A stretch of DNA of 64,000 nucleotides from Blastocystis sp. Blastoise (lineage: Eukaryota > Protista > Bigyra: Opalinata): NCBI GenBank assembly GCA_039096225.1, contig JBBPEB010000011.1, forward strand, positions 186,001-250,000, read 5' to 3'. A program made the position numbers and the translations under genes. Below are positions 16,640-32,514 of this stretch, piece by piece. The notes under the pieces were generated by a model. It searched no databases and had not been told where the DNA came from. It saw only the letters and a list, made by a program, of their open reading frames with translations. Numbering within the stretch: position 1 is the first letter of the stretch; each line of letters starts with the position of its first letter.

Positions 16640-18161
16640 CTTCTTGAAAATAGTCGATCTAGTTTATGCTAAAATACGATCTAAATTATGATTTTGTTCA
16701 AGAAAAAAAACACATAAATTGGGGCTAGTAAGACCTCCATTTGCGTAGCGTTTATGCTCTACGTCGGTTATCTTTTTTTTAGACCAAGATAATTAATTTT
16801 TAGGTGGTCTACTCAGATGTTATTTGTCATCTTAGATAACACATTATTTAATCTAATCAATGTCAAATAGTTACTAATAACTGTAAAAACGATATCTTAT
16901 GTCTTAATTTATTGATCTAAAGAGTTCAAGATTTATATTCTATTTTTATTCAAAATTGATTAGAATAGACAAATTAATCGTATTAGTTGTATAAAAAGAA
17001 TAAATGAACAAAATTCAAAATTTATAAAAGTAATAATTTTACCATATTTTTTATTTATAATTATTCTCATTTTGAAATACCATTTGAAACACTGAACATA
17101 TATCGACTTTTAAATATCAAAACGTTATCTATAAAATATATATATATATATATATATCAAGAAATTAGATAAATACCTATTTTCAGGCTAGAATAATGTG
17201 CCATTCTCTAAGACATGATCCTATATATGAAAAAAATCAGAATAAAATTTTAATTATAATATAAGTATAATAACACTCACATTACATTTTGTAATACCCC
17301 CATAATGAACTATAAAAATATTAAAAAATATATATAATATATAAATACGTTTGAAATTAATTAATTAAACCAATAAAATAAATATATACAGTGAATTAGC
17401 GTATTATTCTTGATTATTCACTATAAATAATAAATTAAAAGAATATGTAGTTATTGTAAATACCTTAATTATAGTTATCAAAAATAGTTAATTCATTATA
17501 GCCATAAAGACCTAATCATAATAAATCGCAACAAAAATTAAAAGATACATGCTGAAAATTATTTTAATCAAATTCAATTCTAGAACATTTCTGTGAATCA
17601 CTTATTATGTATTACTATTTAAAAATATGTGTAAATAGTATAAATGCAAAAAATAAATATAACATTATAACTATTTAAAAAGGTTTTAGTGATAATTTTT
17701 GTCATAATCAAGCCCTTAAAAAAAAGATTTATAGTTTTTAATACTAAAAATTAATAGAATATATTTCTTCAAGGGGGTAAATTTAAAAGGAGTCAGTTTT
17801 ATTCTTCATTTCATTTTCTTTTCGCTTTAAAAGGAGAAACTCTTATAAATCTTTGAACTGACTCTATTTCAATTGAAATATAACAAAGTATTTTTGATAC
17901 TATAATTCACACAATATTTTGACTTTATTATTAATTCTTTTCATTTATTACAGTTATGGATAATTATTAATATTAAACAAAAATAATATATTCCTTATTA
18001 TCCCATTTAGAATGTATAATTACTTTATAAAAGACAAAATACTTATTTTTCTATATTCAGAAATATGACAGACAAACAATTGAGGTTAAAAGAATAGAAT
18101 GAAATAATTAATTAACAGAGATAAAAAATAATAAATATAAGAATTCAATAAATATTCGTGA

Positions 18162-21100
18162 TTAACTAATATTGTTTACAACGCTTTGTAAATAAGGATA
18201 ATAAAAATCGTATGACGAGTTGACAAAAGAAAACGTAGTAGTTAGGTACTCATCACTACATCCAATGTCTCTTTCTCTAGTTATTGACGTTGTATACCTA
18301 TCATGTTTATACTTTCTTGACTTAGAATGATTCTATATATATATATTATTTATACTAAAATAAATGGTACTAAATATGTAAATTAACTTAAATAATATTA
18401 AATGAGTCACGAATTTATGAGTATATATGATGATTAGTGTGATTGCTACGATCATTCATTAACATTTATAATAATATAAAAATAATAATTATAATTGTAA
18501 CAATAAGTAATAGAAGCAGAGATAAGGAGATAATAAAACAGACAATAGAAACAGTTTTAACAATAATAAAGAAGTATAATAAAATAAAGTCTTGAAACAT
18601 CATTATTAAATAATAATAGTATAATATATATATCATAATAATAATAATAAAAATATATACATCTTGTCTAAAGTCAGGATCAGAATTATTACGTTTTGAA
18701 TAGCTGGAAGATATTTCATGAACTATCATATTCATGTGTATTATCGTTTCTAAATTTATACATCCATATGTAATAGCTAGGAAATTTGGATAATCTTCAG
18801 TGGTATGAAAAACATCAAGTAAGGAATAATTACTATCTTCTATAAAGGCATAGAGTTTACCATGTGAAAGCTTTGCATTAATATAGTAATCAACAATCGA
18901 AAGAATAGTGTTATTATATTTGTATAAATATTTGCAACGACATATCTGTATTTCTGGAACACCATTTCTAATTAAATAAAAACTCATCCAGCTATTATCA
19001 TGATCATATATATCATTATGTGTATATGTTGAAAATGATGTTCCGTTTTGATACCTAATACTTCTATAACATTCAATTTCCTTTTCATATATTACCTTAA
19101 ACCATATAAGTATTTTATTACGTTTGTTTTCATCAAACATAATAGTATCCCATATATTTGCAGAAGACAACTGTCTCGATTTAAAGAATTTATCATTAAT
19201 ACACTTATTAAAATCATTATTATTACTTGTTAATAATGTATACATAATAGATAATAATATTTCCCTCGTTGGTTCTGGTTTGTTACAAATATCATGAAGA
19301 GAATAACTACCACAATTAATATCATAGTAATCAAAAATATCATTATCTTGAGACTCATTATTCTTGCTATTTTGACTGAATAATGAGTATTCAACATATT
19401 CACGAGCCATCATTTTAATTAGTATATGTTGACCAGGACTTCTTTTTGTTCTACAACTCATACCTGATAAACCAAAGAAACGCTCATTTGTATATGTATA
19501 TTGAAATGTAGGTAAGCACATATATAATATTGACATAAATAAATGTATAATAATATGGTCTTGTGTAGAAATCAGCTCCTTAGGCATACAACATTCTAAT
19601 TTATATAAAGTAAGATATATATTCTTTTTAAATAATAATAAGGCATTCAATTCGTAAGGAATATTATTTGACATAAAATTATTAAGTACTGAAAATAATT
19701 CTTCTAAAAAGATGAATAGCTTTGAATCATTATAGGTATAATCATGCATAAGAGGCAACAGGTATTTAGTAAATGAAACAAATTTATCTTTGCTATTTAA
19801 ATTGAAGAAGAATGTAGGGTTAATAATATCAATGAACTTATTTTTAGGAAAATAATCAAAGGAATGAATATTTGATAATCTTGTTTTAATAATTCCTATA
19901 TTTTCTGGAGATAGTGAAATAGGAATAGGGCGTGTATTTTCTTGAGCAAGAATTTTAGACCCAATATTTGAAATACTAGATGATATAACATTAAATAAAT
20001 ATGAATAGTATTCTTTTGATAAATTGAGATTAAGATGTAATGAATCAGGGTTTATTCCATATACTCTACTTATTTTTATGGATGGATATAGTGATAGTAC
20101 ATTTCCATTTAACTTTTGTTTATCAATCTCTTGAAGATGTAATACTTTTTTTGTATAATCATCTTTTAATTTTTCCACATTTTTTTCTTTATCATTTCTT
20201 TTCAAAGGATGACATAAGTTCGTTTGAATACTTAGTTTATTACATAATTGGTTTGATACATTATTATGATTCGATAGTAATAAAGGTATAGAATGATATT
20301 CTTTAAGTATATTTAAAGATGTATTACATGGAGTTCTAATATTATTATATTCTGATTCACAATAAAAATTCACAGGATTGCATTTATATTCTGTTTGAAG
20401 GCAAGAACATGGAATAGTATCAATAAGTATACCTTTTTCTCTTATATAAACCTTTAAAACATCTTTCTTCACTTCGTAGTGTTTATGGATAATATTTCTT
20501 AAAAACTGTATACCACCATGAAAGTTTGATAGATTACGTTCAATTGTTATGGAACACCAGTTACAGAACTTATTTGAAGATGATGAAGATCCTCCGATGA
20601 CAGATCCACCTTTGTAATCAAATGTGAAATTTAGAGGTAGACATTGCACTTTAATCATTGTATTATTATATTCTAATAAATATCCATTAATTAGTACTTC
20701 AAATTCTTGATATAATAATTGAATTATTGTTTGTAGGAACGAGGAAGGACAGAATGTAATGGGGATACAAAAATGGGCATCAGAGTACTTATAATCTTTC
20801 AAATTTAATAATCTTATACCTACAGAAGTAAGTAGACTATGAGATCCAAATATACTTTTGTTATAGACAGCAAATTCATCAGTGAAAATACCACAAAAGA
20901 GAATAATATCAGCTTTTGCCTTTTCTATTTCATTCTTATATTCCCTCATTGCATAGCATAAATTAATATCATTAACATATTTAGAATTACTTTCATAATA
21001 TTTTCTATCGTCATCACTAGGTATTCCATTATATATAAAATGACCTGCAAGACGATAATCATTAAAAAGATGATGCGTATTTATAATTTTCATTACTTCA

Positions 21101-22172
21101 TCATATGAATAAACTGAACAGGTTTTTTGATATATATTACATTTGATCATGTTGATTATTCTAGGTAATAATGGACTATACAGGACTCTTTCCATATCAT
21201 CTATATAATATATAATATAATATATAATATATAATATATAATATATAATATATAATATAATATATAATATATAATATAATATATAATATATAATATAATA
21301 TATAATATATAATATATATAATATAACATATATAATATAATATATATAATATAATATATATAATATAATATATATAATATAATATATAATATATAATATA
21401 TATAATATAACATATATAATATAATATATATAATATAAAATATATATAATATTATATATACTATTCTTATGGATTTCATTACAATATACACATCTCATAT
21501 TATTGTTGCAGTTTCTTTGAAAGGAAGAACCATATATGGCAACATTCTTTTTACATATGTATAATGATGTCGGCATAAAAAAATGTCTTGTAATTTCTTG
21601 ATGTAGATGTCTCATATAGTCTTCAGGATTATTCAATGGAATAGTAATATCTTTATTAAATCTCTTAATTATCAATCTAAATGTATTCACGACTTCATTA
21701 AGCTCACTTGAAGAAAGATTTGCTTTGACAATAAGTTTAAACATAGCTATCTTTATGAAAGTATCATCATCTTCATCTAAACCATTAAGATTCGTAGCTT
21801 TTATTGTATGCTATATATATATATAATTAAAAGACTGATAACTCTATAAAAAATATCATATTGAAAATGTAAATAACTTATGTAGATAAATATTAAAAAA
21901 AAAAGAAAACTATATATAAAGCAAATAATTTAAAAATAAACGACATTTTGTTAATCAAAAATAAAATATTATTATACGAATATATGAAAAAAGGATAGAA
22001 TAAATAAAGAAACATAAACAATACACTTTAAATATAAATATGGAAGCATTTATCTAATAATAAATAAATCTATTTGTTTACAATATAAATATGAAAGAAA
22101 CATATTTAGTACTATTAACAAAATATGACTATTATATAAATAGTTTTATATAATTATCTCAAGTAAGTTATA

Positions 22173-22268
<96 letters not shown>

Positions 22269-23075
22269 GGAATGAAGTAATATATGTTTGATAATAGATT
22301 TTAAAACAATTTGTGACGAATATCCAGGATATAATAATTTATTTTGTTTCATAGATTCTTTAATATTGTTCAATTCTATATTTATATATATTAAAGAGAA
22401 ATAGAAAATATGATACCTGAAGTTTGAAAATTGTCTCTAGATATGGTATTATTTTCTTCTTCTTCTACACTTGAATCTGAACAAGAATCAGATAGATACT
22501 CATTATTAGAATTATTATTATTTATAAGGAAGGAATCAGCATTTTTAGCATGATCCATACTCTCAGAACAATCCAGCAAAACATAGCATTGACTTGATTG
22601 TTTTTCCTTACATCCAGTATTTCTTTGTTCTTTTTCTTTGCTATCCAATGACTAAATGAGTTGTTTAAAAATTAAAAAAATAATAGAAATACTGGTTCAA
22701 TAGACGAATTATTATTTTCTAAGCCAATGGAAACATTCGAAATTATGTTTTTAGAATTACTTTGTGCTTCTATTTATTAAAAAAGAATTATATATATATT
22801 TACAAATAAATATTAATATATTTGAATATACTTTCATTCGTGCAATCATTATTAAGGCTATTTTGATGATTATCATCATTTAATGGTAAATCAATAATGA
22901 TTTGGCTTTTCTGATTATTTACGTCTGTCTCTTTCATTTTTTTTTTATTTGCATATGATTCTGGATCAGTATTTATAATAACTAATAACAAATAAATTCA
23001 ACAAATTATTTAATTATTGATACATTTTCTATCTGACTTTCTTTGGCGGACCCTATTGATCATGTTAGTGGACAT
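18162..23075 (-). CDS. CACTA/EnSpm transposase (TnpD/Tnp2-like DDE), ~1200 aa, ~8 exons
   Basis: Motifs in Tnp2 order: C..CVYC, VLYSPLLPRI, GIFTDEF (D1), FTFDYKG..G..FCNWC (D2 + CxxC), PDSLH..N, HIIIHL, YTNERFFG (E). Five 5' exons from ATG 23075 splice in frame via GT-AG into the long ORF. Intron 21201-21461 is in frame. Probable last exon 18332-18162. Confidence 0.88.
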
Positions 23076-23198
23076 TTCAATTCGCTGAAAGTAAATAACG
23101 AAAAACAATGATTATACGAATAGCTAAAATGAAATAAAATATGGAAACATTTCCACTATTAAATCTTTGTTTACATTTTATCTATTATCTTGTCGTAA

Positions 23199-24773
<1,575 letters not shown>

Positions 24774-25525
24774 TCAAACCATCTATCAATATAAATTTGC
24801 AATACTTCTTTAACTGTTTGTATTCAATTTGATTTTTATTTATATATACTCTAATTTTATCACTGTTAAACATATATTATATTTATTTTTTTCTCCATTC
24901 TCTATAATTCATGATACAAAAATATTATCATAAACATGTGACGTACATTTATTTTGTTCAAAATCAAGTAGTTTGCTAAAAGGAATTTAGTCTGCTAAAA
25001 TTCTCAAACAATGAACATTAATTTCAAACAATATTTTTGTCTAGATTCACAGAAAATCCATAATATTAAGTATTACGTAAATACGCTTAAACTACAATCA
25101 CCTTTATTAACCAAAAATACTTGAGTCATTATGAATAAAATGAAATTAAGTATAACACATACAACATTTTCTCAATTCACAATGTTTAACAGTACTAGAT
25201 AATTGTTCAAATAAGTTCCATCTTCCTTATTACCTGAGAATGATAAACTATTTTAGAATCAACAATGAGCATACTAATTTAGACTTTTAAGGAGCTTACA
25301 GATGACTCAGATGAGTTGTTGAGTATGCTCAAGTCATAATATTTAGAGAAAAAAAACAAATATTCTTTATAATAAAAAAATAATAATTTTAAATAATTAA
25401 TTTTTATTTTTTTATAAAAAAGAAAACAATTCTTGGATCTAGTCGATTACATACCCATTTTGAGAAATATTAGATCCATTTTATTTTTTTTCGGTTATTT
25501 TGGTACCCAAAACTGGATCTAGTAA

Positions 25526-25545
25526 AAAAAACCTGCCTACTAGTG
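25526..25545 (-). repeat. Right terminal inverted repeat of the CACTA element
   Basis: AAAAAACCTGCCTACTAGTG, followed by ATT. Confidence 0.96.
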
Positions 25546-25831
25546 ATTTGTTTAACCTATTTAAAAATAATTTCCATCTATATATTATAAAAAATATCTT
25601 TATAACAAGTATATAAAAAAATAGATATCTATATAAGAGATAATATTTTATCTTTTATATTCAAGTTTGAACATACTGAAAATTCGTTATATTATGACAT
25701 TTTCTATATATAATACTAATGGATCTCATAACATATATAGAAAAAGTAATCAATTTATATATGATTCTATTTCTTTCAAAACATAATTAATTATGTATAT
25801 ACATATATATATCATAAATAAATATATATAT

Positions 25832-28800
25832 TTATTGAACAAAACAATGTGTATATGATAAGACATTAACATAAATATTAAAACAATAAAGATAATCGTT
25901 CTCTTAATAATTGTGTTTCAACAGTCACGGGAAGATCACATGCATAGAAATAACTTTCGTAAGATGATGGAAAGTTCTAGAATATACATATATTCGTATT
26001 ATAAAACGATTAATATATATATATAGATATACATGACAACAAAGAATATATTCCTTTTCAAATTCTTGATAATTAATTTCTATACATAATAATAAATATA
26101 AGGATTATATGTATATACCTTTATGTGTCTCTTTATTAATAATTGGCCTATTTATAGAAGGAGAAGAAGAGTATATATATGTATATCGAATATAAGTTAG
26201 GAAGAGAAGTGTTATGTACATTGATTCTCTGAATTGCTTATGAATATTATTCAGTCTTCCCTCTATATATATATGTATTCCTTTCTTCAGATTATTCATA
26301 TATATAGACAAACAGAGGTCAATCCAATAAGATATCACTTTATAAGGTATTCTATATATATAATAATATATAAAATAATAACTTTCATATAAATCATACT
26401 TTTTTGTGTCTTTTGTATCTCTAGAGAGAAACGCTATACATAACTATATATGTAGATATATGCACATATATATGAATATACATTTAAATAAACTTCTATA
26501 TCTCGTGTAATAGGAATAATATTCTCTCTAGTGTCTCTATTCTCTCTAGTTTCTCTATTCTCTCTAGTGTCTCTATTCTCTCTAGTGTCTCTATTCTCTC
26601 TAGTTTCTCCACTTTCTCCATTTCGTATATACCATAATCCATCAGTTGATTTATATAAATACTTTCGAGGAAGAATAGTAGAGACATTAGAAGGACCTTC
26701 ATATATTAAATCTCTATTCTTATTATCAATTGTTGATATTGATTCTTGTATATGAATATCTCTATTACATGATTGGCTGTTCGTGTCGTTAATTCGTACG
26801 GAAGAGGAGGGATCCTTGGAACACAAAGAGACATCATTTATAACAGTTGATTGTTTATTGTCATTTGTTGTTTCATCAGGAATTACATTCTGTTGTGGGT
26901 CTTTAACCGCGGTTATCTGCTGTTTGTGATCATCAATATGTTTGACTGAGTCATTATTATTGTTATTTGTATTTTCAGTATTCATAATTGTATTTGTAGT
27001 AGTCTTATTAATAGGAATAAGAGTAGTTGTAGAAGTATTCATTGTATTATTATTATTAATATTATTATTATTATTATTAATTGATTGTTCTGTATATGTA
27101 CGTAGTGTTAAGGAGAAAGAGGAAGGGATGGAGATCGTATAATAGGAAGAAAGGGAGATATGAGTCTATATATATATATACATATACATATATATATATA
27201 TATATATATACATCATAATAAGAAGAAGATGAAGGAACAGGAATGTGAAACCGAGTGCAATACCATACGAATAACCACGGGAATATTAAGGATAATAAAA
27301 ATAGAAAAAAGAATATATATATATATATATAATAAAGGATACCCAAATAGTTTTGTTTTCCTTAATAAAATCATGAAGGTATATATAAGGAATAAGAGAT
27401 TTACTATATAAATCTTCAAACTATACATATATATAATAATCATTTTCAAATAATAATATATATATATATATCATTCTTCAATATAAAAAGATATATATAT
27501 ACATATGAATAAATAGATTTCATAGATAAGAAGGGAATATCGTTTGTTTTTGGAAACATACCTACCAGATCAGAAGGTTGAGATAATATATCTATATATA
27601 TATATAGTAAATAGACTATATTCAAATGTAGAGTTAATATTATATATATATATATACTTGGAGGAATGATCTTTAGAATAGGACCCCCTTCTGTTCCACA
27701 ATTGGGACACTTGAAGAATATATGACCCTTAACTTCTCTCTCTCCACATAAAATCTCCTATATATACATATATATAGTTATTATAATTATTACTGTATAC
27801 TTCATCCAGCATATGTCTTGAACATCCCCTACAATATAGATATAAATAAAGAACAGTTGAATCATATATTCCTATATATATATATTTATATATATATTGA
27901 AATACTTTCTTTAGAATCATGAATCTCATCAACAGAACTATATAGTTTACCGTTTTTCCCACGGTTATTCAATAGTTGAAACTCAAATTTTTCAATAGAC
28001 ACATTATCACTCTTATGTCTATTCTTTAACTATATAATAATAATAATAATATTATTATTATATACAGAAAAAAGTATAGGAGAGGGTAATAAAGAATTAT
28101 TTATATCTTTAGATTCATTTGATTGGCTATTTCTTTGTATTCTCTTTGATGATTGGTCAACCAAGTTCTTTTGTTCTTTCCATTTCTATCATAAATAATA
28201 ATAATAATAGCATATTATTCTTATAATATACTATAATATATATAATATACAAAGAGAAGTATTTGCATATAATTATTCATTTCCTGTTGAATATCTGTGT
28301 TTTCTGTGACATTAGGAAATAATAGTTTATAGAGATCAAGTAGTAGATCGTGTATATGTATATATAGAGAAGAAGAAGGAGATAGGGTAGAGATAGAGAG
28401 AGAGAATGTAAGGAAGAGAGAAAGAGAAGAAGAGAAAGATAAAGGAATATTCATAGAAATAAGATATATATAGAGATCATAAGTATATTGAATTGCTTGT
28501 ATAGATATAGAAGAAGAAGAAGAAGATATATAAAGAGGAGAAAGAAGGAACCATATGTTAAGTATATAGGAGAGAAGAGAGATATAACGACGATTCCCTT
28601 GTTGTTTCTGTTGAATTTCTTCTTCTGAAGAGAGAAGAGGAAGGTATATAGATTGATTCTCTATAATCATATATATATAATGTATAATCTATATGTAATT
28701 ATAGATCACTTTAAAAAATAAGATATATTTATATATATACGCTGAAGAAGGTGAATAGGAGCACATGATCCGCTTCTCTCGCACGTGATCGATGGCCAAT

Positions 28801-29468
28801 TAGTAATATGTGATGATTGAGGATACTCTATATCTATAGTGAATAATAGATATATATTTATTAGAAATAATAATAAAAAAGATATAATAATAATAAGAAG
28901 ATTTATAATAATAATAAAAAAGATATAATAATAATAATAATAAGATTTATAATAATAATAAAATAATAATAATAATAATAATAATAATAACTTTATACTA
29001 TGTGGTTTGGCGGGTAATTTGATAACTGTTTTATTGTGTTTATTATATATAGTAGAGTAGAGGATAGAATAAAGATAGATATATCGACTCTGAGGAGGAG
29101 AAGAAAGCATTGCTTGATACTGTATATAGAGAAATGATCTCAAATGTATATATAATGATATATACATAAAAATATTTTATAAATAACAATAACAGCAAAT
29201 ATGTAATAGTAATAAAAGAATAATATATAGAGTTATAGATAATAAACATACTTTATCAAAAAGAAGTAATGAAAATTCAAACTCTCCTTCAGGTGGAAAT
29301 AATTTCTGACTTAAAAAATTAACAAATATCTATATATAAATATACTATTCAATAGATATAATAACTAGAATTACTTGTGTTTTAATAAAATGTTTCATAA
29401 ATATAAAATAATCACGGGAAAGTCTGCTTAAATACTGTTTTGAATTAAATACATCCTCAATTCCATCT

Positions 29469-29549
<81 letters not shown>

Positions 29550-32093
29550 ATAATAAATGATACTATAATAATAGTAGATATACTGATGCCATCTATATGT
29601 ATATGAATATCTTTCTGTATATAGTTCTTATATCCTCCTACTAATAATGACATCACGTCCAAGAAACAACGATATATATCTACAGACACTGTTTCAGGTA
29701 CTTCTAATGGCGGGGAAGAAGGGAAAAGGAGGGAATATTGAGTTTGAGAAGAAGATGAAGAGAGATCTAAAGTTTTATTATAATTATTATGATTATTATT
29801 ATGATTTTAATAGAAAAAGAGTGAAATTAAAAAAGAGAATGAAAAGATTTTTAAATAATAATCGATTATGAAATATACATTTTGATTGTTGTTTCTCCTT
29901 TGTTAAATATTGCTGAACTTGGCTGATTACAGTTGACATCTTCTGCTGAATATCTAAATATATAATATGTAATATATATATATATGTATATACCTTTAGG
30001 AAGAGAGACGGGGAGACTTGATTTCATTTTCTTTGAAGAAGAAGAAGAAGAGGAATATATAGAGAGAGAATCATGATCAATATCAATGACGAGTGCATCG
30101 TCAGGAATACAACAATGGACCATATCACACTAGTATATAATTATAATAAAACAGTATATAAAAATAATAAAACAGTATATAATAATATATATGTAATACA
30201 ATATATATATATACAGTTCGTGTTCCGATGACGCATGTGCCTGGAACATCAACAGCAAAGAGAAGAGATGGTGGGCAAAGAGGGATATATGTGCCCGCTA
30301 TTTTAAAGGGAAAGAGAAGTCTATGTATAGCTTGAAGAATGAAAAATAGAAGACAGGGAGAAGATGAATAAGCTATTATCTATATATACATATTAATAGA
30401 GAGAAATCAAGATAAAAATGAATACATATATATATACTTTATATTCGAGTAGTATTCCCGTGATTATATCGATGATAGTAGGAGGAGAGAGTGTAGAGAG
30501 AAGAGGAGAGAGAGGAATCTCTGCGAAGGGCAATCCACGACTTTTGTGACGCAGGAATTCAATCAGATCTACAAGAAGATATATAGTGTATATATATAAT
30601 AATAATATTTGAATATAGAATAGAATAAATACCATTTTGTGTCCAGTTGATGATGACAGATGTCCCTAATGACGGAGCTGGAACACTATCAATTAATTGG
30701 CTGATATAGTATGACAGAGGCAGTGACGGTGACGGATGACGATAAAATGTATATAATTGCCTATATATATATATTTAACAAATATATATATATATATTTA
30801 CATAAGAACTTTTTTCATTTCAATAATATAAGGATATTGAGAGACAAGTAGAATTCCCTTGGGAACTAAGATTTGATCCATAGAGATACCTTCAAATTCC
30901 CGTGGGAACAAACTGAGAAGAAGTTCTTTTTGTTCTTTTTTCAAAGGTTCATAAAGTGTTATTGACACACCATATCTCTATTGATATATATATAATATAA
31001 TATATAATATATATAACACATAATATATATAATATAACATATATATAACATAATATATAACATTATATATATATATACATAAGTGCCAAGAACGGTATGA
31101 ATGAGAAATGGTGTCCACGTGACAGGAGGTGGAGTATTCCATAGAAATAAGGAGATTCCCGTGGGAAAGAGGAAGATATCAATTACTAATAGTATATAAT
31201 ATATATAAATGTACATGATATAATATATATATACAATCAGGACAAGGTTTCTTAAGGGGTAATTGATCATTAGGATAATACTCCTTTATATATGGAGAGA
31301 AGAGGAGAGAGATGGGAGAAGAAGAAGGATCTTTATAGAGGTATAAGAGAAAAGGAGGAGAGAAAGAAGGTAAGGTAGAAACAGAAGAATATCCGTGGGG
31401 ATAAGAAAGAGACTAGGCAATAAAAACATATTATATACATTGAAAATAAATATATGTAGCTTACATTTTTATATTTATCAACAGAGATCTCCACAATTGT
31501 GAGAGGATAAGGATATTTATGAATATGATTTCCTCGTCGTTGAAAACTAAATAAAAATAAATAGATAAAAATATTCACATACATTAAATAAATAGGTTTT
31601 TTTCGTTTATGAGAGAAATTAATGACAGTTCCTGTGTTTAGATCCGTTACAGCTTCATAGCCTTCTTCTCTTTTCAATTTATAGGTTTCTAAATCCACAA
31701 AAAGAAGATCAATTATTTCTAAATTTGGTATAAAACTAATGGATCTAGAATAATGATAATGATATTTCATTCAAATGCCATCGATATATATATATTGAAA
31801 CTAAAAATACCTCTTGATGAAAAAGGAACGACGTGTTTTTGTAGAATTTAAATAAACAACATAGTCATTCACAGATGTATCATCTAATAGATCATAATCA
31901 AATGGTGAACTCTATGGAGATATAAATAATTATTAAATAACACATAAAATACAGTAGATTCAGCCATCACAAGGTCACTAATGGCGTTTCCTCTTTTATT
32001 ATTCATTGGAACATTGTTAGGATCAAATGTATGTTCGAAATCTGCAGTAACTACAGCATAATAATCAAATAAATGTTTGTCAATTGTTGACAT
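25832..32093 (-). CDS. DENND4-like Rab GEF (MABP + uDENN/cDENN/dDENN + C-terminal Cys module), many exons; 3' end approximate
   Basis: FDYYAVV, DLNTG..IYLMY, IFLFPTG, LSPPTIIDIITGILLEYK, LLFPF..YIPLCP..DVP, FIKTQ.F, CRGC..LDE-EILCG..CPNC, W.FVWY..RF.IP. Confidence 0.8.
26521..26609. repeat. 18-bp tandem repeat x5 in a DENN-gene exon (RENRD/ET)
   Basis: attctctctagt(g/t)tctct repeated; translated as ETRENRDTRENRDTRENRETRENRDTREN. Confidence 0.9.
27278..27342 (-). other. U12-type (minor) intron in the DENN gene
   Basis: 5' GTATCCTTT at 27342 and branch site TCCTTAAT at 27292-27285. The 3' end is inferred from protein alignment and is not AG. Confidence 0.7.
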
Positions 32094-32514
32094 CGGCTTA
32101 TAAATAAATGATTAATCAGTGAGGATCACTCTTTACAATTTGTTGAATAGAATGAAAATATTGTAAAAATAAAATCATGCTTTATTGAAGAAGAAAGAGT
32201 GAACAAATCTAAAAAACTTCGTTTTCTCTTTATCTTTAAAATATGTGATTCTTGTCATATTATTTCTAAATATTTGTTTTTATTTATGTAATAGTTGCAT
32301 CACTGTATTATATAGAGCTTAAATTACTTTAAACACATGACTTTGAAAAATAAAACCAATTTGAAAACTATATATATTTTAATCGAATAAAGGATATAAA
32401 TTCAAGATTTTCATGTTTATAAGATGATGATAAACTCATTCTGAATAAAAAAAAATCAACTATACTTTAATAATTAGATTTTTTAGGTTAAACAATACAT
32501 AGAAATAACAGTAT

